From positions 1,066 to 65,065 of the forward strand of contig CAVVSE010000004.1 of assembly GCA_963750905.1 (NCBI GenBank): 64,000 nt of DNA, given 5' to 3'. Below are positions 30,234 through 42,053 of this stretch, in pieces. How positions within the stretch are numbered: position 1 is the stretch's first letter; each line of letters starts with the position of its first letter. The position numbers and the translations under genes were made by a program. The stretch comes from an uncultured Acidimicrobiia bacterium (GTDB lineage Bacteria; Actinomycetota; Acidimicrobiia; Acidimicrobiales; Ilumatobacteraceae). The notes under the pieces were generated by a model. The model did not search any database. It was not told where the DNA came from and saw nothing but the letters and a program-made list of their open reading frames with translations.

Positions 30234-32515
30234 CTACTCGCCGGCGACGGGGGAGTGGTGCGGGGCCAACGGCGTCGGCGGGCTCGTCGAACTTGCGCTC
30301 GCCGGCCTCGATGGCGTCGAGCAGGTGGATGGCGATGTCGCCGACCTTGACGTCCTCGTCGGCGCCGGCGGCCTTCGTGCCGTCGTCGAGCATGATGTAG
30401 CAGAACGGGCAGGCGGTGGCGATGCGGGTGGCTCCCGTCGACAGGGCCTCCTTGGCCCGCTCGTCGTTGACCTTCACGCCGATCGACTCCTCCATCCACA
30501 TGCGGGCGCCGCCGGCGCCGCAGCACATGCCCTTGGTGCCGTTGCGGGGCATCTCGACGACCTCGATGCCCTTGATCGACCCGACGACCTTGCGTGGCGC
30601 GAGGTACACGTCGTTGTGGCGGCCGAGGTAGCACGAGTCGTGGTAGGTGATGCGCTCCTCGAGCGTCGCCCGGCTGACGTCGAGGCGGCCGTCGGCGATC
30701 AGCGCCTCCAGCAGCTGCGTGTGGTGGACGACCTCGTAGTGGCCGCCGAGCTGCGGGTACTCGTTGAGCAGCGTGTTGAAGCAGTGCGGGCACTGCGTGA
30801 TGATCTTCTTGACGCCCATGCCGTTGAGCATCTCGATGTTCGGCATCGCCAGCATCTGGAACAGGTACTCGTTGCCCGAGCGCCGGGCCGAGTCGCCCGT
30901 GCACATCTCGGACGGCCCGAGCACGGCGACGGTGATCCCGGCGCGGCGCAGCAGGTTGGCCATCGCTTGGGTGACCCGCTTGTTCTTGTCGTCGAAGCTG
31001 CCGGCGCAGCCGACCCAGTAGAGGTACTCGGCCTCGAGCGGCTCGCCCGGATCGACGATCTGCACGTCGTCGAGGCCCTTCGCCCAGTCGCCGCGCTCAC
31101 CCTGGTTCATGCCCCACGGGTTGCCCTGGTTCTCCATGCCGCGGTAGGCGTTGCCGAGCTCGCTCGGGAAGTCCGACTCCATCAGCGACAGGTAGCGCCG
31201 CATGTCGAGGATCTTGTCGAGGATCTCGATGTTGACGGGGCAGATCTCGTCGCACGCCTTGCAGGTCGTGCAGGCCCAGATCTCCTCCGACGTGATGCGC
31301 TCGAACAGCGAGTTGGCGCCGATCGTGATCTCCGCGTCGGTGCCGAGCGGCGGCGACACGACCGGGCTGCCGGTGGCGGCCATCACCTCGCCGGTCTTCA
31401 GCACGATCTCCCGGGGATCGAGCGGCTTGCCCGTGGCGTGGGCCGGGCACACGCTCGTGCAGCGGCCGCACATCGTGCAGGCGTCGGTGTCGAGGAGCTG
31501 CTTCCACGTGAAGTCCTCGACGACCGAGGCCCCGAACGTCTCGAGCTCCGTCTCGGCGAGGTTGGGCATCGGCTTCATCGCCCCCTTCGGGCGCGACTTG
31601 TCCTTGAGGTACATGTTCAGCGGGGACGTGAACATGTGGCGCAGCATCGTGATCGGCAGGATCGCCAGGAACACGATGAACGACAGGACGTGGCCGATCC
31701 AGAACCACAGGTGGACCTGGTCCAGCGTGTCGACCGACCAGCCGTCGACGAGCTGCGACAGCGGCCAGCCGATGAAGCTCCACTTCTCGAAGTCCATGTT
31801 CTCGCCCTCGGCCGTCTGCAGGGCGATGCGGAACATCTCGCTGGCGAAGCCGCTGAGACCGATGACGAGGAACGTGCCGAGGATGAGGACGTGCTCGGGC
31901 TTCGACTTGATGCGGATGCGGTACGGCCGCTGCACGTAGCGCCGGGCGATCGCCCAGATCACGCCGACGGTGAAGACGAGGCCGGCGAGGTCGCCGACGA
32001 AGGCGTACGCCTGGTACGTGCGGCCCTGCAGGAACTTGAGGTCCTCGGGCATCTGGTGGTCGATCTCGAGCACCGTCGTCACGCCGAGCAGGACGAGGAA
32101 CCCGAAGTAGATCATCGAGTGCATCAGCCCGGCGGCCGGGTCGCGCAGCAGCGTCCGCATGTAGACGCCGACGCGGTAGTCACCGAACCGCTTCTGCCGC
32201 GTTCTTGGTCGTGGTGCGGCGCGACGGGGCGGGCTTGCCGCGCTCCCAGTTCTTCATCCGGTCGGCGAACTGGAACGCTCCCCACACGATCATCACCGGG
32301 ATGACCGTGTAGAACGCCACCTTCAGCGGCCCGGGGATGTTGGCGAAGACCTCGCGGTGGACGGCGTTGTCGTTGTGCCATCCGGTGATCAGCGGCAGCA
32401 CGCCCGAGACGACCGTGAACAGGGCGACGCCGACGCCGAGCCCGATGGCCAGGTGGTGCGGTCGGATGCGACCCTTCGTGACCTCTGGCGCGTCCGTGTC
32501 CGCGTGGGTGCTCAT
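30234..32515 (-). CDS. Membrane-bound (Fe-S)-binding reductase, Rv0338c/heterodisulfide-reductase-related; 2 apparent +1 frameshifts (~32199, ~30251)
   Basis: N-terminal TM part (32515-32200) joins to YMRTLLRDPAAGLMHSMIYFGFLVL. Two 4Fe-4S motifs: CTMCGRCTSVCP and CTTCKACDEICP. Two CCG motifs: CPHCFNTL and CPFCYIML. Removing one C from a C5 run gives the end ..APLPVAGE-stop at 30234. Confidence 0.8.
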
Positions 32516-32616
32516 AGCACCACGGACGTTAATGCTCGGAGCGGAACCGGCCCACTTCCCGCCGTCGACCCGTCAGTCGGACGGCGCGAAACACTCGGAT
32601 GAGCGAGCCGGGAGTC

Positions 32617-32742
32617 GGTTCCGAGCGACCGCTTGCGCACCCGTCCGCAGCGAGCCTCGATGGTCAGGTCGAGCGTTCGGCCGGGCAGTCGCCAGCCGCA
32701 GCGAGCCAGCCGAGCGAGCGGAGTCTTCGGAGCGAGTGAGGC
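32617..32742 (+). repeat. Dispersed ~130-nt intergenic repeat, copy A (family 2)
   Basis: Aligns with 40618-40752: GTTCCG.GC.ACCGCTT..GC.CCCG.CCGCAGCGA....GATGGTCAGGTCGAGCGT....GCCAGCC.CAGCGAG....CGAGCGGAGTC.TCGGAGCGAGTGAGGC. Roughly 75% identity by eye. Confidence 0.6.
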
Positions 32743-32744
32743 AA

Positions 32745-33170
32745 CTATCCGTAGTACGCGCGGTCGAGGTCGCGGATGCGACCGGCGAGGGCGGCGAGCA
32801 GCTTGTGGGCGAGGGCGGGCACCTCGTCGAGGACGGCGAGGAAGTGGCGCTGCGAGATCACGAAGAGCGTGCAATCGGTCTCGCAGTCGACGCGTGCCGT
32901 GCGCGGCCCGTGATCGAGCAGCGACAGCTCGCCGACGATGGCTCCCTCGCCGAGGGTGGCGATCTTGCGCCCGTTGCGCTTGACCACCACGGTGCCGTCG
33001 ACGACGACGAACGCCTCGTGACCGGTCTGGCCCTGATCGACGATGACCGTGCCGGCCGTCATCTTGATCTCGTCACCGGAGCGGGCGATGAGCTCGAGCT
33101 CCTTGCGGGTGCATGCAGCGAAGAGCGGCACGCTCTTCAGGTGGTCGACGTACGCCTTCTTGCTCGCCAT
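32745..33170 (-). CDS. Stand-alone cyclic-nucleotide-binding domain protein
   Basis: MASKKAYVDHLKSVPLFAACTRKELELIA..; GEGAIVGELSLLDHGPRTARV (cNMP phosphate-binding cassette). 141 aa. Start taken from the ORF-track arithmetic; reading the sequence lines directly gave 33171, so treat the start as +/-1 nt. Confidence 0.8.
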   Translation of the reverse strand: MASKKAYVDHLKSVPLFAACTRKELELIARSGDEIKMTAGTVIVDQGQTGHEAFVVVDGTVVVKRNGRKIATLGEGAIVGELSLLDHGPRTARVDCETDCTLFVISQRHFLAVLDEVPALAHKLLAALAGRIRDLDRAYYG

Positions 33171-33235
33171 AAGCAGCGCACTGTACGCAGTCCGGGTGAC
33201 GCGCGTGACCAAGGTCTGAGCGACCGTGGTGCGAC

Positions 33236-33985
33236 CTACTGCTTGCCCTGGTTCTTGACGGCCTCGATGGCGGCCGCGGCGGCGTCCGGATCGAGGTAGG
33301 TGCCGCCGATCTGCAGCGGCCGCAGGTCGTCGTCGAGGTCGTAGCGCAACGGGATCCCGGTCGGCACGTTGAGCCCGACGACGGCGTCCTCGCCCATCCC
33401 GTCGAGGTGCTTGATCAGCGCCCGCAGGCTGTTGCCGTGGGCGGCGACGAGCACCGGGAGGCCGAGGCGCAGGTCGGGGACGATGGCGTCGTACCAGTAC
33501 GGCAGCATCCGCGCGACGACGTCGGCGAGGCACTCCGTCCGTGGCCGCACCTCCGGCGGCAGCTGGGCGTAGCGGGGGTCGTGGAACTGTGAGTACTCGT
33601 CGTCGTCGGGGAGCGGCGGTGGGGGCGTGTCGTACGAGCGCCGCCAGCGCATGAACTGCTCCTCGCCGTACTCGGCGAGCGTCTGCGCCTTGTCCTTGCC
33701 CTGCAGCGCGCCGTAGTGGCGCTCGTTCAGCCGCCACGACCGACGCACGGGGATCCACAGCCGGTCGGCCGCGTCGAGGGCCAGTTGGGCGGTGCGGATC
33801 GCCCGCCGTTGCAACGACGTGTGCACCACGGCGGGCAGGACGTCGTGCTCGACGAGCAGCTCGCCGCCGCGGCGCGCCTCGTCCTCCCCCTGCGCCGTCA
33901 GGTCGACGTCGACCCACCCGGTGAAGAGGTTCTTGCGGTTCCAGTCGCTCTCACCGTGGCGGAGCAGGACGAGCGTCGCGACCAT
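33236..33985 (-). CDS. gpmA: 2,3-bisphosphoglycerate-dependent phosphoglycerate mutase
   Basis: [61 protein letters not shown]. Confidence 0.9.
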   Translation of the reverse strand: MVATLVLLRHGESDWNRKNLFTGWVDVDLTAQGEDEARRGGELLVEHDVLPAVVHTSLQRRAIRTAQLALDAADRLWIPVRRSWRLNERHYGALQGKDKAQTLAEYGEEQFMRWRRSYDTPPPPLPDDDEYSQFHDPRYAQLPPEVRPRTECLADVVARMLPYWYDAIVPDLRLGLPVLVAAHGNSLRALIKHLDGMGEDAVVGLNVPTGIPLRYDLDDDLRPLQIGGTYLDPDAAAAAIEAVKNQGKQ

Positions 33986-34045
33986 GGCGGCCGATCGTAC
34001 GCCGGGCGCCGCGCGGGCGCCGACGGCGTCGTAGCGTCTGACGTG

Positions 34046-34186
34046 ATGTCGATGACCAACGAGGACCACAACGCCGAGTGGGAGCTCGGGGACGCGATCA
34101 CGATCCGCCTCGACCCCGAGGAGCCGGAGACGGACGACGACGCCGATGCGGCGGCGGACGCAGGCGCGGCTGACGACAGCGCCTGA
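34046..34186 (+). CDS. Possible small acidic protein (46 aa)
   Basis: [46 protein letters not shown]. Third-codon-position GC is very high, like genuine genes here. No clear SD and no family match. Confidence 0.35.
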   Translation: MSMTNEDHNAEWELGDAITIRLDPEEPETDDDADAAADAGAADDSA

Positions 34187-35158
<972 letters not shown>

Positions 35159-35217
35159 CGCGTCTCCTCTCGTCTCCGGCACGGGCCGCCCCGCGCGCCG
35201 ACCGTACCCTGACGCCG

Positions 35218-36439
35218 ATGTACTCGGTGCTGGAGTCGGACGGGTACCGCCGGCTCTTCATCAGTGCAGCCGCAGTCATCTTCGGCGTGATGGGCCAGTC
35301 CGTCGCCCGCGGGTGGCTGGCCAAGGACCTCACGGGCAGCAACGCCGGCCTCGGCGGCGTGATGCTGGCGTTCGGGATCTCGATGCTCATCGCCACGCCG
35401 TGGGGCGGCGTCGCCGCCGACCGCTTCCCGAAGCGGACCGTGCTGCTGATCGCCGTGCTCATGCTCGTCGCCTCGTCGGGCCTCACCGGACTGGCGGTCG
35501 TGACCGGCGTGATCAGCTACTGGATGCTGCTCGCCGCCGAGCGCGGTCCAGGCCGCCGCGTTCGCCGCCTACCTGCCGGCGCGGATCGCGTTCATCGCCG
35601 AGGTCGTCGAGCCGGAGCAGATCGGCCCGGCCGTCATGCTCAGCCAGACCGCTCAGGAGGCGATGCGCGTCGTCGCCCCGGCGCTGGCCGGCGTGCTCGT
35701 CGGGTTCTCGTGGTTCGGCGCCGGTGGCGTGTTCCTGCTGTCGGCGGGCACGAGCACGATCGCCGCGCTGGTGCTGATCCGCCTGCCACGCGGCGAGCCG
35801 CGTGCGGCGCCGACCCGGTCGCCGCTGGCCGAGATGGCCGACGCCGTGCGCTACGTGCGCTCGCGCAAGGCGCTCGGACTGGTGGCGATGACGACGATCG
35901 GTGTCGTCATCATCGGCTTCCCGTACATGACGTTCCTGCCGTCGCTGGCCGACGAGCGCTACGACGTCGGCGCGGGCGGCTACGGCCTGATGTCGGGCGT
36001 CGCCGGCCTCGGCGCGGTCACCGCGGGGGTCCTGGTCTCGCGAGGTTCGTGGGTGCAGCAGCGGCCGTGGGCGACGGTCGCGGTGGCGGGCGCCGCGCTC
36101 GGGGTGGCCCTGATCGGACTCGGCGCGGCCGTGTCGTTCCCGCTGGCCCTCCTCGCTCTGCTGGCGATCGGCGCGTCCGGCCTCGTCTTCCAGACGACGA
36201 CGCAGTCACTCATGCTGACGCTCTCCGACGTCGACTACCACGGCCGGATGCAGAGCATGGTCGTGCTGGGGTTCAGCGGCTTCGGCCTCGCCGCCCTGCC
36301 GCTCGGCCTGCTCGCCGACGCGGTGACGCTCGAGCTCACCCTGGCGCTGATGGGCGCCGTCGTGCTCGTCGTCACCGCCGCCTTCACGGCGAAGCGGATG
36401 GCGCACCGCCGCGAGCTGGTGGGCGTCGAGCTGGCGTGA
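35218..36439 (+). CDS. MFS transporter (EntS/MFS_3-like); apparent +1 frameshift near 35545
   Basis: Two frames join into a 12-TM-like protein: ..GGVAADRFPKRTVLLIAVLMLV.. then ..AAAFAAYLPARIAFIAEVVEPEQIGPAVMLSQTAQEAMRVVAPALAGVL... Confidence 0.75.
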
Positions 36440-36448
36440 CGGGGCGAA

Positions 36449-36491
36449 CCGTCAGTGCGATCCGGCCCGATCGGGCCGATCCGCACGACAG
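36449..36491. repeat. Palindromic intergenic repeat, family 1 (GGCCCGATCGGGCC core), copy R1
   Basis: CCGTCAGTGCGATCCGGCCCGATCGGGCCGATCCGCACGACAG. Shares the core and the CTGTC/GACAG-type outer arms with 39617, 42008 and 47649. Confidence 0.6.
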
Positions 36492-36508
36492 ATGGGGTAG
36501 CAACGGGC

Positions 36509-36880
36509 TCAGGCGGTCCAGTCGACGCCGGGGAACGTGGCCACCCACTGCTCGGTGATGCGGCCGTCGACGATCCGCTGCACGAGCAGCCACGTGACGA
36601 GCGCCCGCTCGCCGGTCTCCCGGTTGATGCCCGAGCTCGTCGCCCGGGTCCACACCGTGTCGCCGTCGACCACCCGGTCGTCGATCCTCGTCTGCACCCG
36701 CGACAGCACGCGCTGGGCCTCGGCGAGCCGGCCCTTGTAGGCGGCCCGGGTGGCGGACTCCGACCCCGAGCCGGTGTGTCGCAGCAAGGGTTCGGTGAAC
36801 AGCTCGTCGACCGCATCGAGGTTGCCGTCGCGCCAGATCTCGTCCCACCACCGCTGGCTGACGGCGACCGGATCGTCCAC
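36509..36880 (-). CDS. SnoaL-like / ester-cyclase NTF2-fold protein
   Basis: GTG 36880. VSQRWWDEIWRDGNLDAVDELFTEP..; ..VDGDTVWTRATSSGINRETGERALVTWLLVQRIVDGRITEQW. Confidence 0.6.
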   Translation of the reverse strand: MDDPVAVSQRWWDEIWRDGNLDAVDELFTEPLLRHTGSGSESATRAAYKGRLAEAQRVLSRVQTRIDDRVVDGDTVWTRATSSGINRETGERALVTWLLVQRIVDGRITEQWVATFPGVDWTA

Positions 36881-36952
36881 TGACCGCGAGTCTAGGAACG
36901 CGCGCCACGCCGGGTCGACGTCGGTGGTCGCTGTGCTGGCAGGCTGACCGCC

Positions 36953-37825
36953 ATGACGACACGACTCGGTGGCACCGGCATCTGGAGCAGCACCCTCCGC
37001 TACGGCGACAGTGGCGAGGCGGCCGCGATGGCCACCGAGCTGGAGGGCCTCGGCTACTCCACGCTGTGGATCCCCGACGTCGGCGGTGACCTCTTCGGGC
37101 CGCTCGGCAACCTGCTCGGGGCGACGACGACGGCGACGATCGCCACCGGGATCCTCAACGTCTGGATGCACACGCCGGAGGAGACGGCGGCCGAGCACGC
37201 CCGGCTGACCGGCGAGCACGGGCCCCGCTTCCTCTGCGGCATCGGCATCAGCCACCGCCCGTTCATCGACCACGTCAAGGAGGCGGGCACCTACCAGAAG
37301 CCCGTCGCCACGATGTCGACGTACCTCGACGGCCTCGATGCGGCACCAACACCGCTCGCCGCCGAGGACCGCGTGATCGCCGCCCTCGGGCCGAAGATGC
37401 TGGAGCTGGCGCGTACCCGCACCGCCGGGACGCACCCGTACCTCGTCACGCCGCAGCTGACGAAGGCTGCCCGCGGCGGCATCGGGCCCGACGGCCTCGT
37501 GGCGAGCGAGCAGGGCGTCGTGCTGGAGACCGATCCGACGAAGGCCCGCGAGATCGCCCGCCTGCACCTCAAGACGTACCTCGGGCTGCCGAACTACTCG
37601 AACAACTGGAAGCGCCAGGGGTTCACCGACGAGGACATCGCGGACGGTGGCAGCGACCGCCTCGTCGACGCCCTCGTCGTGTGGGGCGACGAGGCGACGA
37701 TCGCCAAGCGGGTCCAGGAGCACCGCGACGCCGGCGCCGACCACGTCTGCATCCAGGTCCTCACCGAGGACCCCCGAGCCTTCCCCGCCGAGCAGTGGCG
37801 GGCGCTGGCCCCCGCGCTGACGTGA
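36953..37825 (+). CDS. LLM-class F420-dependent oxidoreductase
   Basis: LGGTGIWSS.LRYGD...A...A.ELE.LGYS.LWIPD is the TIGR03620-type N-terminus. HPYLVTP; PNY.NNW.R.GFT..D. Luciferase-like fold, 290 aa. Confidence 0.85.
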   Translation: MTTRLGGTGIWSSTLRYGDSGEAAAMATELEGLGYSTLWIPDVGGDLFGPLGNLLGATTTATIATGILNVWMHTPEETAAEHARLTGEHGPRFLCGIGISHRPFIDHVKEAGTYQKPVATMSTYLDGLDAAPTPLAAEDRVIAALGPKMLELARTRTAGTHPYLVTPQLTKAARGGIGPDGLVASEQGVVLETDPTKAREIARLHLKTYLGLPNYSNNWKRQGFTDEDIADGGSDRLVDALVVWGDEATIAKRVQEHRDAGADHVCIQVLTEDPRAFPAEQWRALAPALT

Positions 37826-37830
37826 GGGTC

Positions 37831-37892
37831 CATCCGAGTGTTTCGTGCGGGGGCCACCCGCACGAAACACTCGGATGCACGAAACACTCGGA
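37831..37892. repeat. 21-bp perfect-stem hairpin plus an extra tandem half-site (family 3, CGAAACACTCGGATG)
   Basis: CATCCGAGTGTTTCGTGCGGG-GGCCA-CCCGCACGAAACACTCGGATG, followed by CACGAAACACTCGGA. Starts 6 nt after the oxidoreductase stop. The same 15-mer recurs at 32587-32601. Confidence 0.65.
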
Positions 37893-37919
37893 CGGGAACA
37901 ACCTCTACGGTCGGCGGCC

Positions 37920-39606
37920 GTGAGCTATGAGTTCGACCGGTTCCTGCGCTACGACGAGCTGACCGCGTGGCTCCACGAGCTGGCGGCCGCCCACCCGGCG
38001 CTCGTCACCGTCGAGGAGTACGGGCGCAGCTACGAGGGTCGGCCGCTGTGGCTGGTGACGGTCACCGACGCCGAGACCGGGCGCCACGAGGCCAAGCCAG
38101 CGCACTGGGTCGACGCCAGCATCCACGCCGTCGAGCTGACGGCGACCGTCGCCGCCTGCCGGCTGCTGCAGCACCTCGTCGACGGCTTCGCGGCGGGCGA
38201 CCCGGTCGTCACCGAGGCCGTGCGGACCCGGACGTTCTACGTCGTGCCGCGCGGTCAACCCCGACGGCGCCGAGTGGGCGCTCGCCGATCCGCCGCGCTT
38301 CCGGCGCTCGAGCACGCGCCCGTGGCCGTGGGCCGACGCCCACCGCTGGCCGGGCGTGCACGTCGAGGACGTCGACGGCGACGGCCGCGTCCTGCAGATG
38401 CGCATCCCCGATCCCAACGGGGCGTGGATGCCGCACGCCGAGGACGCCCGGCTGCTGGTGCCCGTCCCGCTCGACGGCGCGCCCGCCGGCACGCCGCGGT
38501 ACCGCATGCTCGACGAGGGCACGCTCGTCGACCACGACGGGTTCACGATCCCGACGCCGAACCCGCCCGAGGGCCTCGACCTGAACCGCAACTTCCCGGC
38601 CGGCTGGGGCACCCAGGTCCGCGGGTCGGGCGACCACCCGCTGTCCGAGCCGGAGATCGACGCCCTCGTGCGGGCCATCGTCGCCCGCCCCAACGTGTGC
38701 GGCTACAACGCCTTCCACACGAGCGGCGGCGTGCTGCTGCGGCCGTCGTCCACGGCGGCCGACTCGGCGCTGCCGCCGGGCGACGTCTGGGTGTGGAAGC
38801 AGCTCGGCGCGATCGGCCACCGCCTGACCGGCTACACGGTGCACTCGGTCTACGAGGACTTCACGTGGGACAAGTCCGACACGATGAGCGGCGCCGCCGA
38901 CGACTGGGCCTACGAGCACCTCGGCGTGTTCTCCTGGACCACCGAGTTCTGGGACGTCGTCCACGCCGCGACGGGCCAGAAGCAGGCGACGGACTTCTGG
39001 TACCTCGGCCCGACCGAGGAGCAGGCACTCGCCGTGCTGCGCTGGGTCGAGGCCGAGGTGCCCGACCAGTTCGTCGACTGGTACCCGTTCGAGCACCCGC
39101 AGCTCGGTCCCGTCGAGCTCGGCGGGTGGCACCACCTCGGCATCTGGACGAACCCGCCGCCGTCGCGGCTCCGCGACGAGGTCACGCCGCACGCCGCGTG
39201 GGCCGTGGCCCAGGCGATGGCGTCGCCGCGCCTGGAGGTCCTCCACACCGTGGCCGTCGACCTCGGCGGCGACACCTGGCGGGTCGAGGCCGGCATCGCC
39301 AACACCGGGTGGCTGCCGACGCACATCTCGGCGCGCGGCGCCAAGGAGCACCTCGCCGAGCCGATCATCGCCGAGGTGACCGGCGACGGTGTCGAGGTCG
39401 TCGGCGGTCCGGCGCGGCTGCGCCTCGGCCAGCTCGCCGGGCGGGCCGCCCTGCGCTTCGGGTTCTGGCACGACGGCACCCCCGACCGCGTGCTCGCCAC
39501 CTGGGTCGTCCGGGCGCCCGCGGGTGTCACCGTGAACGTCGTGGCCCGCCACGAACGTGCTGGTCAGAGCATTGCCGAGGTGGTCCTCGAGCCGTCCGAG
39601 CGGTGA
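37920..39606 (+). CDS. M14-family zinc carboxypeptidase; apparent +1 frameshift near 38253
   Basis: GTG 37920. YDELTAWLHELAAAHP..VEEYGRSYEGRPLW, zinc motif ASIHAVELT. After the slip: VNPDGAEW.., DLNRNFPAGW, NAFHTSGGVLLRP. Confidence 0.8.
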
Positions 39607-39616
39607 TGGTGTGATA

Positions 39617-39644
39617 CCTGACTTTCCCGATCGGGTTTGACAGG
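39617..39644. repeat. Palindrome with CCCGATCGGG core upstream of or overlapping cysD start (family 1-like, copy R4)
   Basis: CCTGACTTTCCCGATCGGGTTTGACAGG. Lies 11 nt after the peptidase stop and contains the TTG at 39637. Confidence 0.5.
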
Positions 39645-40587
39645 AATCGCGGCTACGCTCGCCGACGTGCCGAGCGCTGCAACCGTCACGACGCCGTCCT
39701 CCACCGCCCAGCTGGAGGACGAGGCGATCACGATCTTCCGGGAGATCGCCGCCGAGTGCGAGCGGCCCGTGCTGCTGTTCTCGGGTGGCAAGGACTCCGT
39801 GGTCATGCTCCACCTCGCCCACCGTGCGTTCTGGCCGGCGCGGATCCCGTTCCCGGTGATGCACGTCGACACGGGCCACAACTTCGACGAGGTCATCGAG
39901 TTCCGCGACCGAGCCGTCGCCGACTTCGGTGTCGAGCTGGTCGTCGCCTCGGTGCAGGACTCGATCGATGCGGGCAAGGTCCGCGACGTCAGCGGCCCGC
40001 GGTCCTCGCGCAACCCGCTGCAGACCGTCACCCTGCTCGACGCGATCACCGAGCACCGCTTCGACGCCGTGTTCGGCGGGGCCCGCCGTGACGAGGAGCG
40101 GGCCCGCGCCAAGGAGCGCGTCGTGTCGCACCGCGACGAGTTCGGGCAGTGGGACCCGAAGAACCAGCGTCCCGAGCTGTGGGGGATCTACAACACGCGC
40201 CACCACCGCGGTGAGCACCTGCGCGTGTTCCCGCTGTCGAACTGGACCGAGCTGGACATCTGGCGCTTCATCGCCGAGCGCAAGGTGGAGCTGCCGCCGC
40301 TGTACTACGCCCACCAGCGCCAGGTCTTCGAGCGTGACGGGATGCTGATGGCCGTCAACCGCCACACCGAGATGCTCGAAGGCGAGGTGCCCTTCGAGGC
40401 CACCGTGCGCTTCCGCACGATCGGTGACGCCACGTGCACGGCCGCGGTGGCGTCGTCGGCGTTCACCGTCGAGGACATCGTCGCCGAGACCGCCGTCGCC
40501 CGGATCACCGAGCGCGGCGCGACCCGCGCCGACGACCGCATCTCCGAGGCCGGCATGGAAGACCGCAAGCGCCAGGGCTACTTCTGA
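39637..40587 (+). CDS. cysD: Sulfate adenylyltransferase subunit 2
   Basis: LEDEAITIFREIAAECERPVLLFSGGKDSVVMLHLA, HVDTGHNF.E.IEFRD, RARAKERV.S.RD..GQWDPKNQRPELW, RVFPLSNWTELDIW, EDRKRQGYF. Start is TTG 39637 or GTG 39667. Confidence 0.9.
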   Translation: MTGIAATLADVPSAATVTTPSSTAQLEDEAITIFREIAAECERPVLLFSGGKDSVVMLHLAHRAFWPARIPFPVMHVDTGHNFDEVIEFRDRAVADFGVELVVASVQDSIDAGKVRDVSGPRSSRNPLQTVTLLDAITEHRFDAVFGGARRDEERARAKERVVSHRDEFGQWDPKNQRPELWGIYNTRHHRGEHLRVFPLSNWTELDIWRFIAERKVELPPLYYAHQRQVFERDGMLMAVNRHTEMLEGEVPFEATVRFRTIGDATCTAAVASSAFTVEDIVAETAVARITERGATRADDRISEAGMEDRKRQGYF

Positions 40588-40617
40588 TGAGAGCTGGGCC
40601 CGCGAGCGACGTGGGTC

Positions 40618-40752
40618 AGTTCCGTGCAACCGCTTCGGCCCCCGACCGCAGCGACGATGGATGGTCAGGTCGAGCGTCGACCCGCTTCGGGTCGGAGGCG
40701 CCAGCCTCAGCGAGACACGCCGAACGAGCGGAGTCCTCGGAGCGAGTGAGGC
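40618..40752 (+). repeat. Dispersed ~130-nt intergenic repeat, copy B (family 2), between cysD and cysN
   Basis: See copy A. Its conserved 3' end TCGGAGCGAGTGAGGC supplies the GGAG SD-like sequence and the GTG (40746) used as the predicted cysN start. Confidence 0.6.
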
Positions 40753-41999
40753 CATTGCGGTTCGCGACGGTCGGCAGCGTCGACGACGGCAAGTCGACGC
40801 TCATCGGGCGCCTGCTGCACGACTCGAAGTCGATCTTCGAGGACCAGCTCGAGCACATCGAGGCGGTCAGCCGCAAGCGCGGCACCGACTACGTCGACCT
40901 CGCGCTGCTCACCGACGGCCTGCGCGCCGAGCGCGAGCAGGGCATCACGATCGACGTCGCCTACCGCTACTTCTCGACACCGCACCGCGACTTCGTCATC
41001 GCCGACTGCCCCGGCCACGTGCAGTACACGCGCAACGCGATCACCGGCGCGTCGACCGCCGACCTGGCGATCGTGCTCGTCGACGCCCGCCACGGCGTCG
41101 TCGAGCAGACCCGCCGCCACAGCCTGCTGATGTCCCTGCTCGGCGTGCCGCACCTCGTCATCTGCGTCAACAAGATGGACCTCGTCGACCACTCGGAGGC
41201 GCGCTTCGCCGAGGTCCGGGACGAGTTCAGCGAGTTCGCCGCCCGCCTCGACCTCCGCGACGTGACGTTCATCCCGATCTCGGCGCTGGCCGGCGACAAC
41301 GTCGTGGACCGCTCGACGAACATGCCCTGGTACGCGGGACCGACGCTGCTGCACCACCTCGAGACCGTGTACACGGCCAGCGACGACAACCTCGTCGACG
41401 TCCGCTTCCCGGTGCAGTACGTCGTGCGGCCGCAGCGCGCCGAGCACCGCGACTACCGCGGCTACGCCGGCACCGTCGCCGCCGGCACGCTGCGCCCGGG
41501 CGACGAGGTGCTCGTGCTGCCATCCGGCCTGACGTCGCGGATCGAGCGCATCGACACCGCCGACGGCCCGGTCACCGAGGCCCGCCCGTCGATGGCGGTG
41601 ACGCTGCTGCTGACCGACGACCTCGACATCTCGCGCGGCGACATGATCTGCCGCCCGCACAACCACCCGGCGCCGGCGCAGGACCTCGACGCGATGGTCG
41701 CCTGGATGGACAGCGAGCACCCGCTCGCCCTGCGCAAGATCTACACGTTGAAGCACACGACCCGGTCGGTGCGGGCGATGGTCACCGACCTGCGCTACCG
41801 CCTCGACGTCAGCACCCTGCACCGCGACGAGGACGCCGCCCAGCTCGGGCTCAACGAGATCGGTCGCGTCTCGCTGCGCGCCACGTCGCCGCTGTTCGCC
41901 GACGACTACCGCCGCAACCGCATCACGGGGAGCTTCGTCCTGATCGACGAGGCGACGAACCAGACGGCGGCCGCCGGCATGCTCCGCACGGCGGGCTGA
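40746..41999 (+). CDS. cysN: Sulfate adenylyltransferase subunit 1 (GTPase), not fused to APS kinase
   Basis: [61 protein letters not shown]. Domains II/III extend to ..[19 protein letters not shown]. Confidence 0.9.
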   Translation: MRPLRFATVGSVDDGKSTLIGRLLHDSKSIFEDQLEHIEAVSRKRGTDYVDLALLTDGLRAEREQGITIDVAYRYFSTPHRDFVIADCPGHVQYTRNAITGASTADLAIVLVDARHGVVEQTRRHSLLMSLLGVPHLVICVNKMDLVDHSEARFAEVRDEFSEFAARLDLRDVTFIPISALAGDNVVDRSTNMPWYAGPTLLHHLETVYTASDDNLVDVRFPVQYVVRPQRAEHRDYRGYAGTVAAGTLRPGDEVLVLPSGLTSRIERIDTADGPVTEARPSMAVTLLLTDDLDISRGDMICRPHNHPAPAQDLDAMVAWMDSEHPLALRKIYTLKHTTRSVRAMVTDLRYRLDVSTLHRDEDAAQLGLNEIGRVSLRATSPLFADDYRRNRITGSFVLIDEATNQTAAAGMLRTAG

Positions 42000-42007
42000 T
42001 GCCCCGT

Positions 42008-42053
42008 CCTGTCCGTGTGATCGGGCCCGATCGGGCCGGTTGCGGATGACAGG
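42008..42053. repeat. Palindromic intergenic repeat, family 1, copy R2 (between cysN and cysC)
   Basis: CCTGTCCGTGTGATCGGGCCCGATCGGGCCGGTTGCGGATGACAGG. The ATG of cysC (42046) lies inside the right arm. Confidence 0.6.

Noticed and set aside
32512-32874. Peptide similarity ASLAP.TPL.R....STLDLTI..RCGR..KR..GTD.R between minus-strand ORFs at 32512-32874 and 38209-40755; considered as a small repeated gene.
   Set aside because: The similarity is the translation of the family-2 nucleotide repeat. Copy B sits between cysD and cysN on the opposite strand, there are no start or SD signals, and conservation is at the DNA level.
39607-39666. Riboswitch or leader upstream of cysD (for example SAM-type), and likewise the family-2 repeat as a riboswitch.
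   Set aside because: I could not recognise the conserved cores of the SAM-I/IV, SAM-II, SAH or other riboswitch classes I know. The structure is a simple palindrome shared with non-sulfur loci.
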